Positions 37,201-50,059 of a stretch of DNA of 64,000 nt are shown piece by piece (positions within the stretch are counted from its first letter, which is position 1; the number at the start of each line of letters is the position of its first letter). Both the position numbers and the translations under genes were made by a program. Under the pieces are notes generated by a model. The model was not told the origin of the DNA. It ran no database searches and saw nothing but the letters and a program-made list of their open reading frames with translations. Source of the DNA: Vicugna vicugna (taxonomy: Eukaryota); the NCBI GenBank assembly GCA_013265495.1, contig MU058387.1, positions 620,001 through 684,000 of the forward strand, given 5' to 3'.

Positions 37201-40200
37201 TCATTAGTGGCAACAAATGGGTCTGCGCAGAGTGTCACATCTTCTTTTGCATGCTCTGAGAGCTCTTCACGAAGCAAGCCTAGAATTCACGTGAGTGCGC
37301 ATCGGCTTGGAAACAGATGTCTACCAACTGCTCCCGGTGGGGAAAATGCGATGGAATTCGGTCTTGCACCACTACTTTCATCTTGGAAAATTAGAGACGC
37401 GAGCCAGTCACATCACGTGTGCCCTCCTGGCTCAGCCGGAGTTAGTTACTCTCGTCGACAACATCTCCAGTCCGTACCAACTCCACCCAGACCCTCTACA
37501 GCACTGTTGTAGGTGCCCATCCTTGACATCGTGTTACAAAGTGAACAATCCTCTGGTGAGTCTCCTGGCACTTCTGGCAGTAAACCACCTTGAATACGTC
37601 CAACACAGACCTTCCTCCCGCTGGTCTCCCGGACTGGGATATGTTCAGCTCCGGTTTATTTTTGGAAGGCTTCCTTAAACTTTTGTTTCATGTTTTCCTC
37701 TCACGATGCTATCTTTATTGCCCTAGCAGGTAGGAATTTTTCGTGACTAATAAAAGAGTGCCAAACGATTGATTCAAATAAACAATGGAGACATGTAATT
37801 GTCTTGCAAGGCAGGAGGCTGGAGGGTCAGTGTTCCCAGGAGTGGCTCTAGGCTCAGTGCTGTCATCATGACCTGGTGGGTTCCCGTTCCTCCTCCCTGT
37901 CACTCACGGCTTGTTATCCTCCATCCCAGACCCTGGAGCTTTGGCAAAGCCACCTAAGGTTGACAAGTTAGCCAATGTTGCTGAATATTACCAAGTAATA
38001 TATCATAAAAATGAAAAGGCTAACTGAGAAGATTGGTATCTTCTCTACCATAGAAAAGCCAGGGTGTCTTGGAGAATGCAATTTAACCTTTCTAGGCCTC
38101 CACCTGCTCCTCTGCAAAAGGAGTATAAATGTTCCCAAATCATCATTAAAAGCCTTGCTTGGCACCTGTCACACTGCAGTCCTTTAATAAAAGAATAAAA
38201 TAAACATGCACTGGATGTGCCAGGAAATACATACAGCTAAAAGAGGCACATTTGAGTTATCTAGCTTTATATGCACGACTATACCTGGACAGTCTTAGCT
38301 TTTCATAGGAAGTTGAAATTAATGGCATTTCTAATGGGGAAAAAAAAAGTAGGATTTGCCTGAAGCAGTCAGAGATATTTGCCCTTCTTGTATACAGGTG
38401 AGACTCGGCTGATCCAGGCTCATCAATGTGTGAATAAGCCCTCATGTTGATGATTAGTCTCCAGGTCACCTAATCTGTCTGAAAGGTAGACCAGACAGCT
38501 GAGTCATTCTCTAACAATTACCGACTGGTGAGAGCTTTCCTAAGCCAGAACATCCCCCTGTGTGGTCATCTCTCTCTCTCTCTTTTTTTTTTTTTTTTTT
38601 TTTTTCGAGATCATCATAAAGCACATGCATTGTTTTCCATCAACTGGGTCATAAAACAGTGATTCCAAGAGCTGGGAAAGGTGAGTGATTTCTTGGAAAA
38701 GGAAACTTTAAGGTAGAGGTTGGAACAAAGACCAGTTACAGGGCGGGACACAAAAAGGAACAGGAGATCAGGAAGCATACCGAAGGTAACCAAAGAAGTT
38801 CATGGTTGCTGCTGGGTTTGTTGTCGTGTACGTGGGAGCAAAAGTGAGCTGCAGACTCTACAGTGAGACACCGAACTGCACGTGGGCAGAGTCACGCCAG
38901 CATTCGCTCTGATTTTCCCACCCATATTTCCCTCCCTTGTGGCCCTACTTATCTTTCCTTGGAGACAAATGAAAGTTTAGTTTCCCCAGGGCTCGGCTGG
39001 AAGACCCCACTGCCGGAAATGTCCTGGCGGCTGGTCTTTCCAGCACAGCACTGCTGCTCACTTGAGTTTGTAAGATCTGGAAAAGGAAAGAAGAAGCGAG
39101 GACCCGTGTTGTGGGAAGCACTGTTAGAATCCAGCAGCCAGTCTCAATGCTCCTGCACCGTCTTAGCATTAATTAGATTTCTATGCAGTAATATTTGTCT
39201 GTTATTAACTGTAGCTTCACCTTGGATATCTTTACTTTGTTTTGATAATGTTGACCAAAAAATATTCTTCTTAATAGCACTCTTCTTCAGTATTTATAAA
39301 AACGTGGCCAGCTGGGGACTTCCTATAGATAAGGAATAAGTAATATTTTGTCTAATTTACCTGCAGAACTAATGTCTGTAAGACACCATGAGGGCCAGTA
39401 GATTACTTACTTCATCTCGACCATAACAGTACTTAAAATAAAAATAGAATTCCTAGCTATATTGAGGAAAATTAAAGAGCTTCAACTGAGATTTTACACA
39501 GACATGTGAAGGTGATGGAAATTATTTTGAACATTGGCAGCCTTGAGACGGGAAATGGAAGTTTTCTAAAGTGAACGCCTCACCATAAGGCATTGACCAT
39601 AGTTCAGTATTAACCTGCAGACTTCCAGAAATTTAGCTCACCATTCATTTGATGTGGTGACTTGTTAATATTACATGAAATAACAAATTGGCTTCTTAGT
39701 GAAACAGAGACTCTGGGCAGTTAGCGTAAAAGGGGCGATGGGAATCTAAGCATGGGAGTCAGGTTTTCACTGACAAATGGGTTCTTCTGCACGATGTGAA
39801 AGTAGTTGTTACGACTTTCTGGTCGGAGATGCTTCAGTCTCAATTGCAAATGTCATCATTATACAAATCTTATTTATTATAATTGTCGGTGAGATCGAAT
39901 TTGTTAGAAGGAGAGCCTATTATATCAGTCTGTTATTTTTAAAACCTTCGGGATTTCACGCTTACCCAGACAGAAGTGTGTGGCCCTGCAACCCTCCCAG
40001 GGGAGGCGAAGTCATGGGGTTGGCGCGGCGGACGAGGGCAGCAACATCCTTCATGTGCTCAAAGCGGACGGCGCGCCCGGACAGATGTTCCACGGTTCCC
40101 TATTGCCTCCGGTTTCTGAATCCCTTACATCCTGGCGTCAAGGGGTAATCGAGCTTATTACCACCCTGCAAGGAATAAAATGAAATGATATCCATAGAAA

Positions 40201-40387
40201 ATGCCATTCTGTCGATGCAGTGCTGGGGGCAGGAAGGCACAGTCCTGAGTGGAACTCTAAACAGGAGCTGAAGTCATTAATTTAACATGGCAATCAGACA
40301 GCCTCTTAAAACCTCCATTGGGCTGAGCAGGGTATAATTCAACCCAAATTTAGATTGTTATTATTGTCCCCAAATGATGTTCTACCT

Positions 40388-40756
40388 CGTCATGAACTGA
40401 ATTGTGTCTCATCCAACCCCAACTTTAAATGCTGAAGTCCTGACCCCTAATGTGACTATATTTAGAGGTAGGGCCTCTGAGGGGGTCATTAAAGTTAAAT
40501 GCGATCATAAGGGTGAGGCCCTAATCCCATGGGACTGGTGTCCTTCTAAGAAAAGGAAGGGATGTGCATGCCCAGAGGAAAGGCCATGTGAGGACACAGC
40601 AAGAAGGCAAGACAGGCAGAGAGTTCTCACCAGAAAGCTACCTCTGCTGGCACCTTCATCTTGGACTTCCAGCCTCCAGATCCGTGAGAAAATAAACTTC
40701 TGTTGTCTAAGTCAGCCTGCAGTATTGTGTTACTGCAGCCCAGGCAGACTAATACG
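40388..40756 (+). mobile_element. MLT1A/B-type MaLR solo LTR
   Basis: Perfect 5-bp TSD TACCT at 40383-40387 and 40757-40761; ggccatgtgaggacacagcaagaaggc; tcttggacttccagcctccaga; aataaa. Confidence 0.93.
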
Positions 40757-41814
40757 TACCTGCAGTCATGGAAGAAAACCAGACATATTAAAAGATGTTT
40801 GTCATTCTTCGAATGCTTGTCCATTTATGAAACCATCTTGCCTGAAGCCTATAATAACAAGAACAGCAATTTACTGAACTCTTTGTCTTGATGGGTACTG
40901 TTTTTAAATATTTTAATTTCCTACAGCAAGTCATATTACAACCTCTGTTTTACAGAGAAGGAAAGGAGTCAAAGACAGTGTCAATAACGGATCCAAAGTC
41001 AAATAACATACTCTGAATGTTATAGCTAGTAAAGTGAGCTACAGAGTAACATGTTTACACCCCCTGCTTTTACCTGGTGAAAAGCATGTTTCATTGTGCA
41101 GGGTGTTTTAAAGTATTTCTTTAACAAATGTGAAAACTTTAAACTCCCCACAACCTAACAAAGCTTTTCCATCCTAAATTTTATAATGTAATATATTGGA
41201 AGGCTCAAGAAAGGAGATAAAAGGGTATATATTTCTAGGAAAAGCACTATAGAGACACACTGAGCTGTGTTTATGAAGGACATTTATCTAAACATGGGGG
41301 GAAGTCACTTTTATTTGAAAACAACTGTGAGATTACATAGAGGATTATCTTTGCTAATCTTTAATAAAGAGGATAATCACTTTTTGGCTTATTTACTGAT
41401 TTTTGTATATCTCTGCTTTAAAATTGAGGCCAACACTTTTTTTTTTAATCGCACAGTGGTCTTAGCAGACAACATATTTCCAGGAGGTAGAAAAGCTACT
41501 ATAAGCTTATTTTTAACTTGTCAGCAAGTAAAAATCTGACTAATGTTGATCTTTCGCTGACAGCACTTGCTTGGAAGGTTCCATAGCTTTGATTAATATT
41601 TAAACACTAGGGCTTTCAAAGCAAATTTACAATCTGGAAATTACTAAAGCTACAATAAATACAGAAACATGTTACTGCTTTATTTTCTATGTGAGTTAAA
41701 AAGAACGGCTGTTAGAAATAAGCAAGTAAGAGAAGGAGGAATTTTGTTTTCAGTTTGATTTTTTTTTTCACTGATCATTAGAAATTTGCACTATGAGAAA
41801 GTAATTTTGTTTAT

Positions 41815-42010
41815 AGCTCTAAAGCTAGTCTGGATCTGAATGCTGGCTCCACCATTGGCTGTCTGTGTTACACTGGGGAAGTTACCTCTTCTTTCAGTTC
41901 TTTCTTCTGTAAAATAGGAATTTTATGAACCTTAAATGAATCACAACAGATATAGTGCAAAGAGCAATGCCTAACACACAGTAAGGGTTCTATATATGTT
42001 AGTGATTAAT
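41815..42010 (+). mobile_element. MIR SINE
   Basis: ctggatctgaatgctggctccaccattggctgtctgtgttacactggggaagttac...ctgtaaaatagg. Confidence 0.8.
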
Positions 42011-42055
42011 ATGTCCTATAAATACAGTATTTAAATAAAGTCATGTTTCTGTAAT

Positions 42056-42560
42056 ATTCACTCATTCATTTAACTATTATTTATTCATTCATTCAACAAA
42101 TATTTATGAAGTTCATGCCCTGGCCAGGAACTAGTTGTAAAGAGTTAAATAATTCAAAGGACCTGATTTCTAGGATCTAGCAGCAGAGTGGAGCAAACAG
42201 ACATAAATTTTTTTAACACTTTTTATTGAGTTATAATCATTTTACAATGTTGTGTCAAATAAACATAAATTGTTGATGGGTGCTGTCTACTGAACTATGG
42301 AACTGCAAATTGAAACAAGCCCTGGGTAGGGCTTTCTGGAAGATGGAAGACGTTATTGCTGGAGGTGAGTTTTGCAACTCTGGTGACTCAGAATTTGTTA
42401 GAAGAGGATATGGAGACAGTCATTTCTATTAGGAAACAGCATGGCTAAAACTTAATAGCCTAAGGAATTTAGGAAACCAAATATAGTTGCACGCAGCTTA
42501 TGAAACATATTAAAGGTGGTCATCAGGAAACCAAGCTGAGAATTAAAGACTGATTCTACA
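42056..42560 (-). mobile_element. L2 3' end and body
   Basis: ttcattcattcaacaaatatttatgaag...tggccaggaactag. Confidence 0.7.
42210..42260 (-). mobile_element. ~50-bp young L1 3'-end insertion
   Basis: ttttaacactttttattgagttataatcattttacaatgttgtgtcaaat flanked by ACATAAATT at 42201-42209 and 42263-42271. Confidence 0.85.
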
Positions 42561-43899
42561 ATTTCTCACAATTCTTAGTTTTCTACAAGTAGTCCCTTTC
42601 TTCTGGGATCAATAATTCAATTCTGACTATGAGATGGGGGGTGGGAGGGAGAGCATTATAACACTTTCCCTAGTTGTCCAAACTGGGTCAACACGCCTAT
42701 AAAGAACCAGGTCAAAATCATCTCGGTCCAAGGGATACAGTTAATTGGACACGATCCAAAATACATCAGTGGTTGAATATATTTTAATACACAGCTCGAA
42801 GATGGCTAGACAAGTGTTAGTCCGGAGAGCACTATAATATATTTAAAATTAAAGCTCAATATTAAATAGCCCCATGAAGGGCAATAAAATTTCACATCTG
42901 GTCAAAGAATACACGTTGTCCAAATTACGGAGATGCGAAATTGCAAACTGAGTGTGAAAGCAGCTTCAATTAATGATGGCTATTTATGACTCAGCCTGTT
43001 CTTTTGATGCATGCAGAATGATTGAGCTGGCGGCTCACAAAAGCCTGAATAGCTGCAGAAAGCTTCGAGATGGGAGAAATATTTAATCATGCCAGTTTTA
43101 TTGTAGGTCTTGACAAGACCATCTCTTTAGGTGGGCCTAAATCAACAATATGAAAATGAATGATTTACCCCACTCTGACTTGAAGCTGTTTTATGCCTAA
43201 GGAAGACCCACACGGGCCTTTGTGCCTCTTTCCCCTGATTGCTTGTCATGCTCATCGATCTGACAACAAACAGTGCATAAATCTGTTCTGTAGCAACAGA
43301 GGCCACGAAGGTGTCGATTAGAAACGACCCTGCAGAAACTGGAACGTGATTATCAAATCCATGGCGCCCAGCGCCCTTCATTGACTCAGACAACAGCGAC
43401 TTCATTGAAAAGAATGGACTCAATGAAATCCTCTTTTGAAAAACTGAATGGTAAGGAGCATGTTATGAGCTATGGGAGAGACTTTTTTCTTTTTTCCCTG
43501 AAGCAAAAAGATGAGTTTCTAACTGAAAACCCTGAGAATTCAACCAGCCTGTCTTCTAATTTTTCTTTCTTCCCTTAATGAACAAAGGTCTTAGAGTCCA
43601 AATGCACTCGCCAGTTTTGCAGACAACTCGGACAGCAAACAAATTTCCACCTAAGTTTTCCTTAACGTTACAGGAGCTTAATTCGAGAGAGCAAGCTCTG
43701 TTCTTAAGGGAGAAGTAAGAGGTATTCATGTTACTATTTAGAACCAAAGGGTAACAGCCAATGAGATCGGTGAGATGAGTTCTGCAGTCAGTGGTTGCTG
43801 AGCATTAAGGGTCCTCCACGTCTGCAAAAGAGGAAGCTGAGGCGCAGAGCAGCGGAGCAGCTAAGCCCCTCGCCCCGAGTAAGACATTTCATTAGTTAC

Positions 43900-44200
43900 T
43901 GCCCAAGCGTCCAGTCAGACTCCAGGAGGAAGGGCTCTGTGGTTGGCATCAGTGCTGTTCACCACGTCTGTACGGCTCTCTGCCTTCCGGGCACGTGGTC
44001 GGGTTGCACTTCCTCCTCCCTTGTGGCTGGGAGGGACCGCGGATCTAGCACCAGCCAATCCGCTGCGAGCACAGTGGCAGGTGCCTCCTCCTGGGGAAAG
44101 CGTGCAGGCGCCCGTGCGAGACTGCAGAGGGCGCTTTCCCTGTGCCGCGCCACCGGCAGGCTTCCAGGCAAAGTCCCGGAGTGAGGTGAGTCCCCAGCCA
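43900..44200. promoter_or_regulatory. CpG-rich candidate promoter/insulator
   Basis: CTTCCGG 43984-43990, CACGTG 43992-43997, AGCCAATC ~44053, CTCF-like ACTGCAGAGGGCGCT 44121-44135, splice-donor-like GAG|GTGAGT 44183-44191. Confidence 0.5.
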
Positions 44201-45309
44201 ACCCGCAACTCAGCATGGGATCAAAAGAAACTTTCCTTGTTTCTGGCCTCTGGGATTGGGGTCTTTCGATTTACACAGTCCAACTCCACCTACCCTGATG
44301 GAGGAAGACCACAAAGCCTATTCTGTCCGTAATGGAGCCTGCGACCGAGGGACAGCACTGTAAAGCCAAGTTTCAAGGGGCACAGATAAGTTTCATGATG
44401 CGACCAGGATATGATTCGGGCCTTAAAGAGTGATGACACAGGTTTGAGGAGAGTAATTTAGAATTTCAGGCATAAACCAAGCAGAGACTAAATACACTTG
44501 GCATTTTGTGGAGGACCACAAAGAACTTCCCGAAGAATTTGTTAAGAAGCAATTGGACCTTAAGAATAATGAGCTACGGAGTGGAAATAGTGAAATGGGA
44601 ATGTACTCAAAAATATCTCAATATAAAAAGGCCCACTTGTAGATAACTGTGTACTTTTATGACCATAACATCACTGTTGGAAATACTGTGCAATGCCAGT
44701 TCCTCCACTACCTTCAGGATGAGACGATATTATTATGGCTTTTCTAATTCTTTGCACGTGTTTCTCAAATAGCTTTTTTGATAATAAACCAAATACATGT
44801 GCTGTCTTAGGAGCCCTCATTGGGCTATAAACACTCTGAAGGAACATTTGGATGGGAAAACGCTGGCTTGAAAGAAAAAGCATCTCATTCCAACATGTGT
44901 CAAGGAGTGTTTTCAAAGGATGATTTGGGGAAACCCTAATGGCATTGTGTTAGACTTTGCACACCCATTCAGGGGCCTGAATGTCTTTGGGTTGGGCCTC
45001 AAAACAGTCCTAGAAACATATCCGTGGGATGCTGATCAATGGGAAGGCAGCTCTGTGGAAGGCACACAGGGCCTTTGGCAATTCCAGACTGAACCTGAGC
45101 CAGTTTTTAGATATTATGGAAATGGATTTGGAGAATGTAGCCAGAGAAAGAAAAAAAAAAAAAGAAGTAGAAATGGTTCTACCAAGTAGTCTGATTAATA
45201 GAGTGTGTGAGCAGAGAGGAAAAAATTAGAATCTTGTTCTTCCAGTAACCAATTCTCTCCTGCTTTAACTGCAGTTTCACTGATACTTATTCTGGCGAAA
45301 TCTGGAAGC

Positions 45310-45600
45310 TGCCCCTTTACTGTGGATTCATTCCTTGACACTCCAGGCTGGCTTAGGTTTTCTCAGTTGGGACTTTCATTAAGTTCTATACCGTGCACTC
45401 TCAGTATGTTTGGCATATGGCATTATAATGTCTACTTACATCTGTGTCTCATTCTTCCACAGGACCAAAGGCCTCTGAAGAGAAGGCCATCTTAGTGCTC
45501 ACCACTGTGTCCCCAGGATCGAGGACAGTGACAGAAACAAAGCAGCTCAAAACTAATTTATTAAATAAAAAGAATCAATGGAAGAATGAATGAATAAACT
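45310..45600 (+). mobile_element. L2 3' end
   Basis: ctcaccactgtgtccccagga...gaatgaatgaataaa. Confidence 0.65.
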
Positions 45601-46059
45601 TGAGGCAAAATGATACACATGCTGAAAAGGTAACGTATTCTCCTTGGCTTTACAGGTAAACCTGGGTAGAAGTCGCAGCCACAGACATGGGGAAATCATG
45701 GCAAAAGCCTCACTTGGTAGGGTCGGATTCAGTTTCACGTACCACTTTTGAATCTATGTACATATCAGTTGCCCCCAAATCACCTTTGGTTTTTAGATGG
45801 AAAGCTAAAGCTCAGCATGGTGAGGTACCATGAGGGAAGCGATCCTTTTAGGAGTCAAGGCATCTGCCTTCTAATTGGATAGCTTTATACTAACAGTAGT
45901 GAGCCTGCCTAACGACTTTGAATCTTGAGTAATATTTCTCTACTGCTTGTAATTCCAAATAATCCAAAATAACATTATTCACATGAACTCACAGAGGAAA
46001 CACACTCTCATACTAAAGATGTCTTAAAGCGACTGCTGTAATTAGGGCACCATATCGTC

Positions 46060-46270
46060 TCCAAGAGCAAAGACTTGGGAGACAGACTTCAGGGGTTCAA
46101 ATCGCAGCTCTGTAGAGCACATGGAAAGATTTCTATGTCTCCGTTTCCTCGTTGGCAACGTGAGGGTGGTAATACTTGCCTCATGTGGTTGTCAGAGGGG
46201 TTAAATTATTGAATAGTTACAATGTAGCCAGTGGTTACCACGTAGCCAGTGCTCAGTAGGTATTAGCCAC
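46060..46270 (+). mobile_element. MIR SINE
   Basis: gacagacttcaggggttcaaatcgcagctct...tctccgtttcctcg...gtgctcagtaggtattagc. Confidence 0.8.
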
Positions 46271-46499
46271 TCCTTGTATCCTCGTTGGCACGAGTTGAGG
46301 CAGCTTTTAGACCATTATCATCAGCGTGACTGAGAACAGAATAGAGGAATCCTATTTGTGTATTTATTACTACCGGATGAGAGACTGTGGCTCTCGCGTG
46401 GAAGACCCTTCATGATCCAGAAGGCCACGCGGGACCTAAGACTTCCTTGCTGGGTCTCTGAGCTGTATCCACCTTAAACCTGCTCTTCAGCTGTGTTGA

Positions 46500-46940
46500 A
46501 GTGTTTGCATGGCCTAAAGGGGAAGGCTTCTGGGGTCTTCGGACCTCTATGCAGCTGCTCATTCTGCATTGAAAACAGTCTCCTCTTCACTTGTTGCTCC
46601 TTTGCCTGGAAGGATCCACTTCTTTAAGATTCAAAGTAAAACTCATGTAAAACTCAACTACTCTAAGACTGCCATTCCCCACTTGCATCCAAACCTGGCC
46701 AAGAAGCCTTTCTTAGTATTCCTGCAGCCCTAGGACCTACCGCTGTCACCATCCTTATCCGATCGGAGTCCGCCCCATCACCATCCCCATCCCCCCACCC
46801 CACCTGGCTGCCTCCCCAGATGGACGACAAGCTAGCCAGGGGCAGGACTGAGTCTTTTCACCTCTTTAAGCGACCCATCTGGCCCTACATCTGGAACAGC
46901 GGAGCCCTTAATAAATAGATGTTGAATGAATAAATGAGTG
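46500..46940 (+). mobile_element. L2 3' region
   Basis: Ends gggcaggactgagtcttttcacc...ataaatagatgttgaatgaataaatga. Confidence 0.65.
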
Positions 46941-47799
46941 AGAAATAGCTTTCAAGTGGATTAGCGGATCTCTGCTTGATTGCTTAGAACTGGACCGCCC
47001 AAGCTTTTTGGAATCAGGGCACGCAGCACAATAGAAAAGAGAATGGGCCATTTGCTTTTCCTTGAGGCTAATGCTGCAGGCCCCGACTGGACTGAAAATG
47101 GAGCATCCATTGTCAGCGCTCAAGCATGGAGGTACCTCCCCCCTCCACCCCTCCAAACCAAGAGGCTCTGGATTAAAGCCCAGAATATGACAGTTGAAAT
47201 CTCAGCCTCCTACTTTTGCAGCCATCGTCACTCTGTCTTCCTAAAGCAACTCTCATGAATTAAAGGGGAGTTTTCACTTTAACGAATGTGAAGGTAGCAT
47301 GTTCGATCCACTGGTTGCAGAAATCAGAAGGTGCAGGATCTAGTGCCATGTGACGAAGTAACAGTTTCCTTCCTTCCTTATAAAAAAAGGAGCTGATAAT
47401 ACCTGCCTTGGCTGCCCCATGGACTGATGTCAGGATAATATAACATGCAACAGACAAACTCAATCTGAGATCAACAAAATTCTGTATAAATATAGTAATG
47501 AATTGCATGTACATACTCCTAGTATGTGAAATGATATTATCCCTTCTAAGTAGTTGGACTTTATAATTTATTTTACAAACCAGCACATAAATGAGAATGA
47601 AATGAGCTGCTGTTAAGAAATACAACAGAACAACAGATAATCAGTGGGACTTTTTCAGGAACACCATCCCCCAAAGCAGTACACATCTTTTAGAAGATGC
47701 TAGAATTTGAAATGTTTCTTTTCATGGCATATTCTTGGCTGTGCAGTTCTGGAAACTTCTTTTTATATTTGGGGCATTTCTTATCTTTTGGAGGGAGCA

Positions 47800-48255
47800 A
47801 AACAAGATCTTTGCATTGTTCTCCCCATCCCCACCCCCACCCCCTGAGGGCATAGGCATGGCGCCCTGGTCCTGTCAGTCAGACATGCTTTGGCCAGACC
47901 AGGGGCACAGGGAAGCAGGGGTTGCTCAGTATCCCTGTAGACAAGTGTAGGAGCAGCTGCTATGGCCACACATAGTTTCCAGAGGCAACAGCAATAGTGG
48001 TTTTTTCAGTGACCTCTGACTGGCTCAGTGATGCAGGGTGGTAGAGTCCCTGCTCAAAGACAGTCGAATGCGGTCTCCAATGCATCAGCAAACTGGCCTG
48101 ATTGTCAGTGTGTTTCTGCTTCCTTGACTTCCAAGACCAGGTCTGTAGTCATCCCCAGGGATCTGTGAACTGCCTTTAATAAACACTCTCTGATGCATCT
48201 CTTTCCTGTTTCAATTAGCCAGAGGCGGTTTCAGCTGCTTACAGCGGCAATCTAG
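47800..48255 (+). mobile_element. Old ERVL-type LTR (LTR33/LTR16-like)
   Basis: gatctgtgaactgcctttaataaa...ttagccagaggcggtttcagctgcttacagc resembles ERVL LTR 3' ends. Confidence 0.55.
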
Positions 48256-48593
48256 AAGCACCCTAATAAAGTAAAATTAACTTTGCAGGTTGCTGACAGT
48301 TACATGATTTGTTTACAGTCGCATAACTAGAGAGTCAGAACGGAGGCCGATCTGCTGCTGGTCCTGAGAGTTTTGTACGTAACAAAACCCAGCAGGCTGA
48401 GTACCTAGTAACACTGGTAGCTTAATATACTACTTCATGTGTTCTTGTTATATTTTTTAAACATGCTGTCTACAGGGCTACGATTTTAAGTTGATGGCTG
48501 ATAAAATTATTCTTACAAGATATGGTGCAATTATTCAAGCAATAATTAGGGAAAATTTGAAACTGTGATTTAGAAGCTGTTTATCAGAACGTG

Positions 48594-48733
48594 GGTGAAG
48601 GGTATAGCTCAAGTGGTAGAGCGCATGCTCAGCACCCAAGAGGTCACGGGTTCAATCCCCAGCACCTCCTCCAAGCAGAAATCAGTGAAGAAACCTAATT
48701 ACCTCCCCTTCGTAAAACAAACAATACAAGCCA
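48594..48733 (+). mobile_element. tRNA-Ala-derived SINE (camelid Vic-1-like)
   Basis: A-box TAGCTCAAGTGG 48605-48616; B-box GGTTCAATCCC 48649-48659; body aaacctaattacctcccc; A-rich tail; probable TSD agaacgtg / aaaacgtg. Confidence 0.9.
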
Positions 48734-50059
48734 AAAACGTGTGCTTTAATTTGGGAAAAAAAAAGAGAGACATATTTTATCTTAGAAAATAGGAACTGAA
48801 ATTAAGCAATGTGCTGAAAAGAGAGTTATATGCATGTTAAATGGATAAGAGCCTGATTTCTTTCTACATGGGGATATCCTGGTCTCAGAAACATATTTTA
48901 TACTGATGTGGCTTGACTGATAAAAGTTAACAAGAACTAGTTACTTCCTTGGAAAGAAGCATCACTGGAGTGGATATTCTTTTCCATCTGTTCCTAAAAG
49001 ACACACCTTTGTTGTGATGTTTGGAGATACTTTATTATGGGTGAACCCATTTCCCTGAACTAGATGTTCCAAGCCTGCACATCCCTGCATCAGGCTAGTT
49101 TTAATACACATTCGTTGTTGTCTGTGATAATTCATCTTCCTTTCCTTTTTCTCTTTTACTTATTAGGTATCAAGTATACCTCCACTTCACCAATTGTTGC
49201 CAAAATAATCCTAAGGGCCAGGGCAGTGAGTTTATGGAAATGCATTTAGAAGGGCTCCTCCCATCACTTCGCCTGGCTCATCTTTGCAGGGACCCTGAAA
49301 TGATCTGCATCTCTCAGCTTTTAAAACCAAGAAGACAACTTGCAGTCCAGGACATCTGCCCCAGCTGCGTTTCCCATCTTGGCCCTGGACTGCAGGAAGT
49401 ACTTGACTTTGCAAAGCTGCCAGGACATACATTCTCAAACTTGGAACTCAAGTTACAGCAGAACAGCTTCCACGGACGTCTCCTTAGACTTCTAAAATCC
49501 TCTAGTATCAGCAAAAAAGAGAACACAGAGCCATTAAACAAATTAGCCTGAAATGTGTTTAGAGCCCAAGAAGTGGTTGTCACACATCTGGAAAAGAAGG
49601 ATGGAGTGGGCTGAGTTGGGGGGGGGGTCTAGGAAAAGGACAGTATTAATTGAGCAGATCTAGCAAAAAGGAGACTAGGAAAATCGCAAGTGAACGTGGA
49701 CACAAGGTCATTAGTGGATGCTGGTTTATTTGCAGAAGTGTGAGCTGGGTCTCTGCCAGAGAGGACGCGTCCCAAGATACAAAATACTTGCCCTCGCTGC
49801 TTCCCTCTCACATTCCCCTAAACATTTAACTTTACCCTGACTCCTCTGCTCATGGTACAGGTGGAGCAGCCAGGTGGAAATAGCCTTAGCGCTGCCCACA
49901 GGTGCCTCTTTCCTGGTCTGCTTCTGCCAAGTCCCAGAAACTGTAACTATTGCTAATTAGGTGGCTCCACCGTATACAATGTCTACCTCTTATTTGGTCC
50001 AATTTGGTAACCCAGGTGACACTGATAAGAAGTGTATTCAGTGACCCGGTGGATTTTAG

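Noticed and set aside
37490..37680. Minus-strand frame containing YCQKCQETH (zinc-finger-like)
   Set aside because: A single CxxC with no acceptor site and a stop soon after.
38863..39339. 158-aa ORF, the longest in the window
   Set aside because: GTG start, no recognisable domain, and no splice-site support.
40404..40877. 157-aa ORF
   Set aside because: It lies mostly inside the MLT1 LTR and has a non-ATG start; a chance open frame.
48594..48670. tRNA-Ala gene
   Set aside because: The anticodon stem is disrupted and the sequence continues into a SINE body, A-rich tail and probable TSD, so it is a SINE head.
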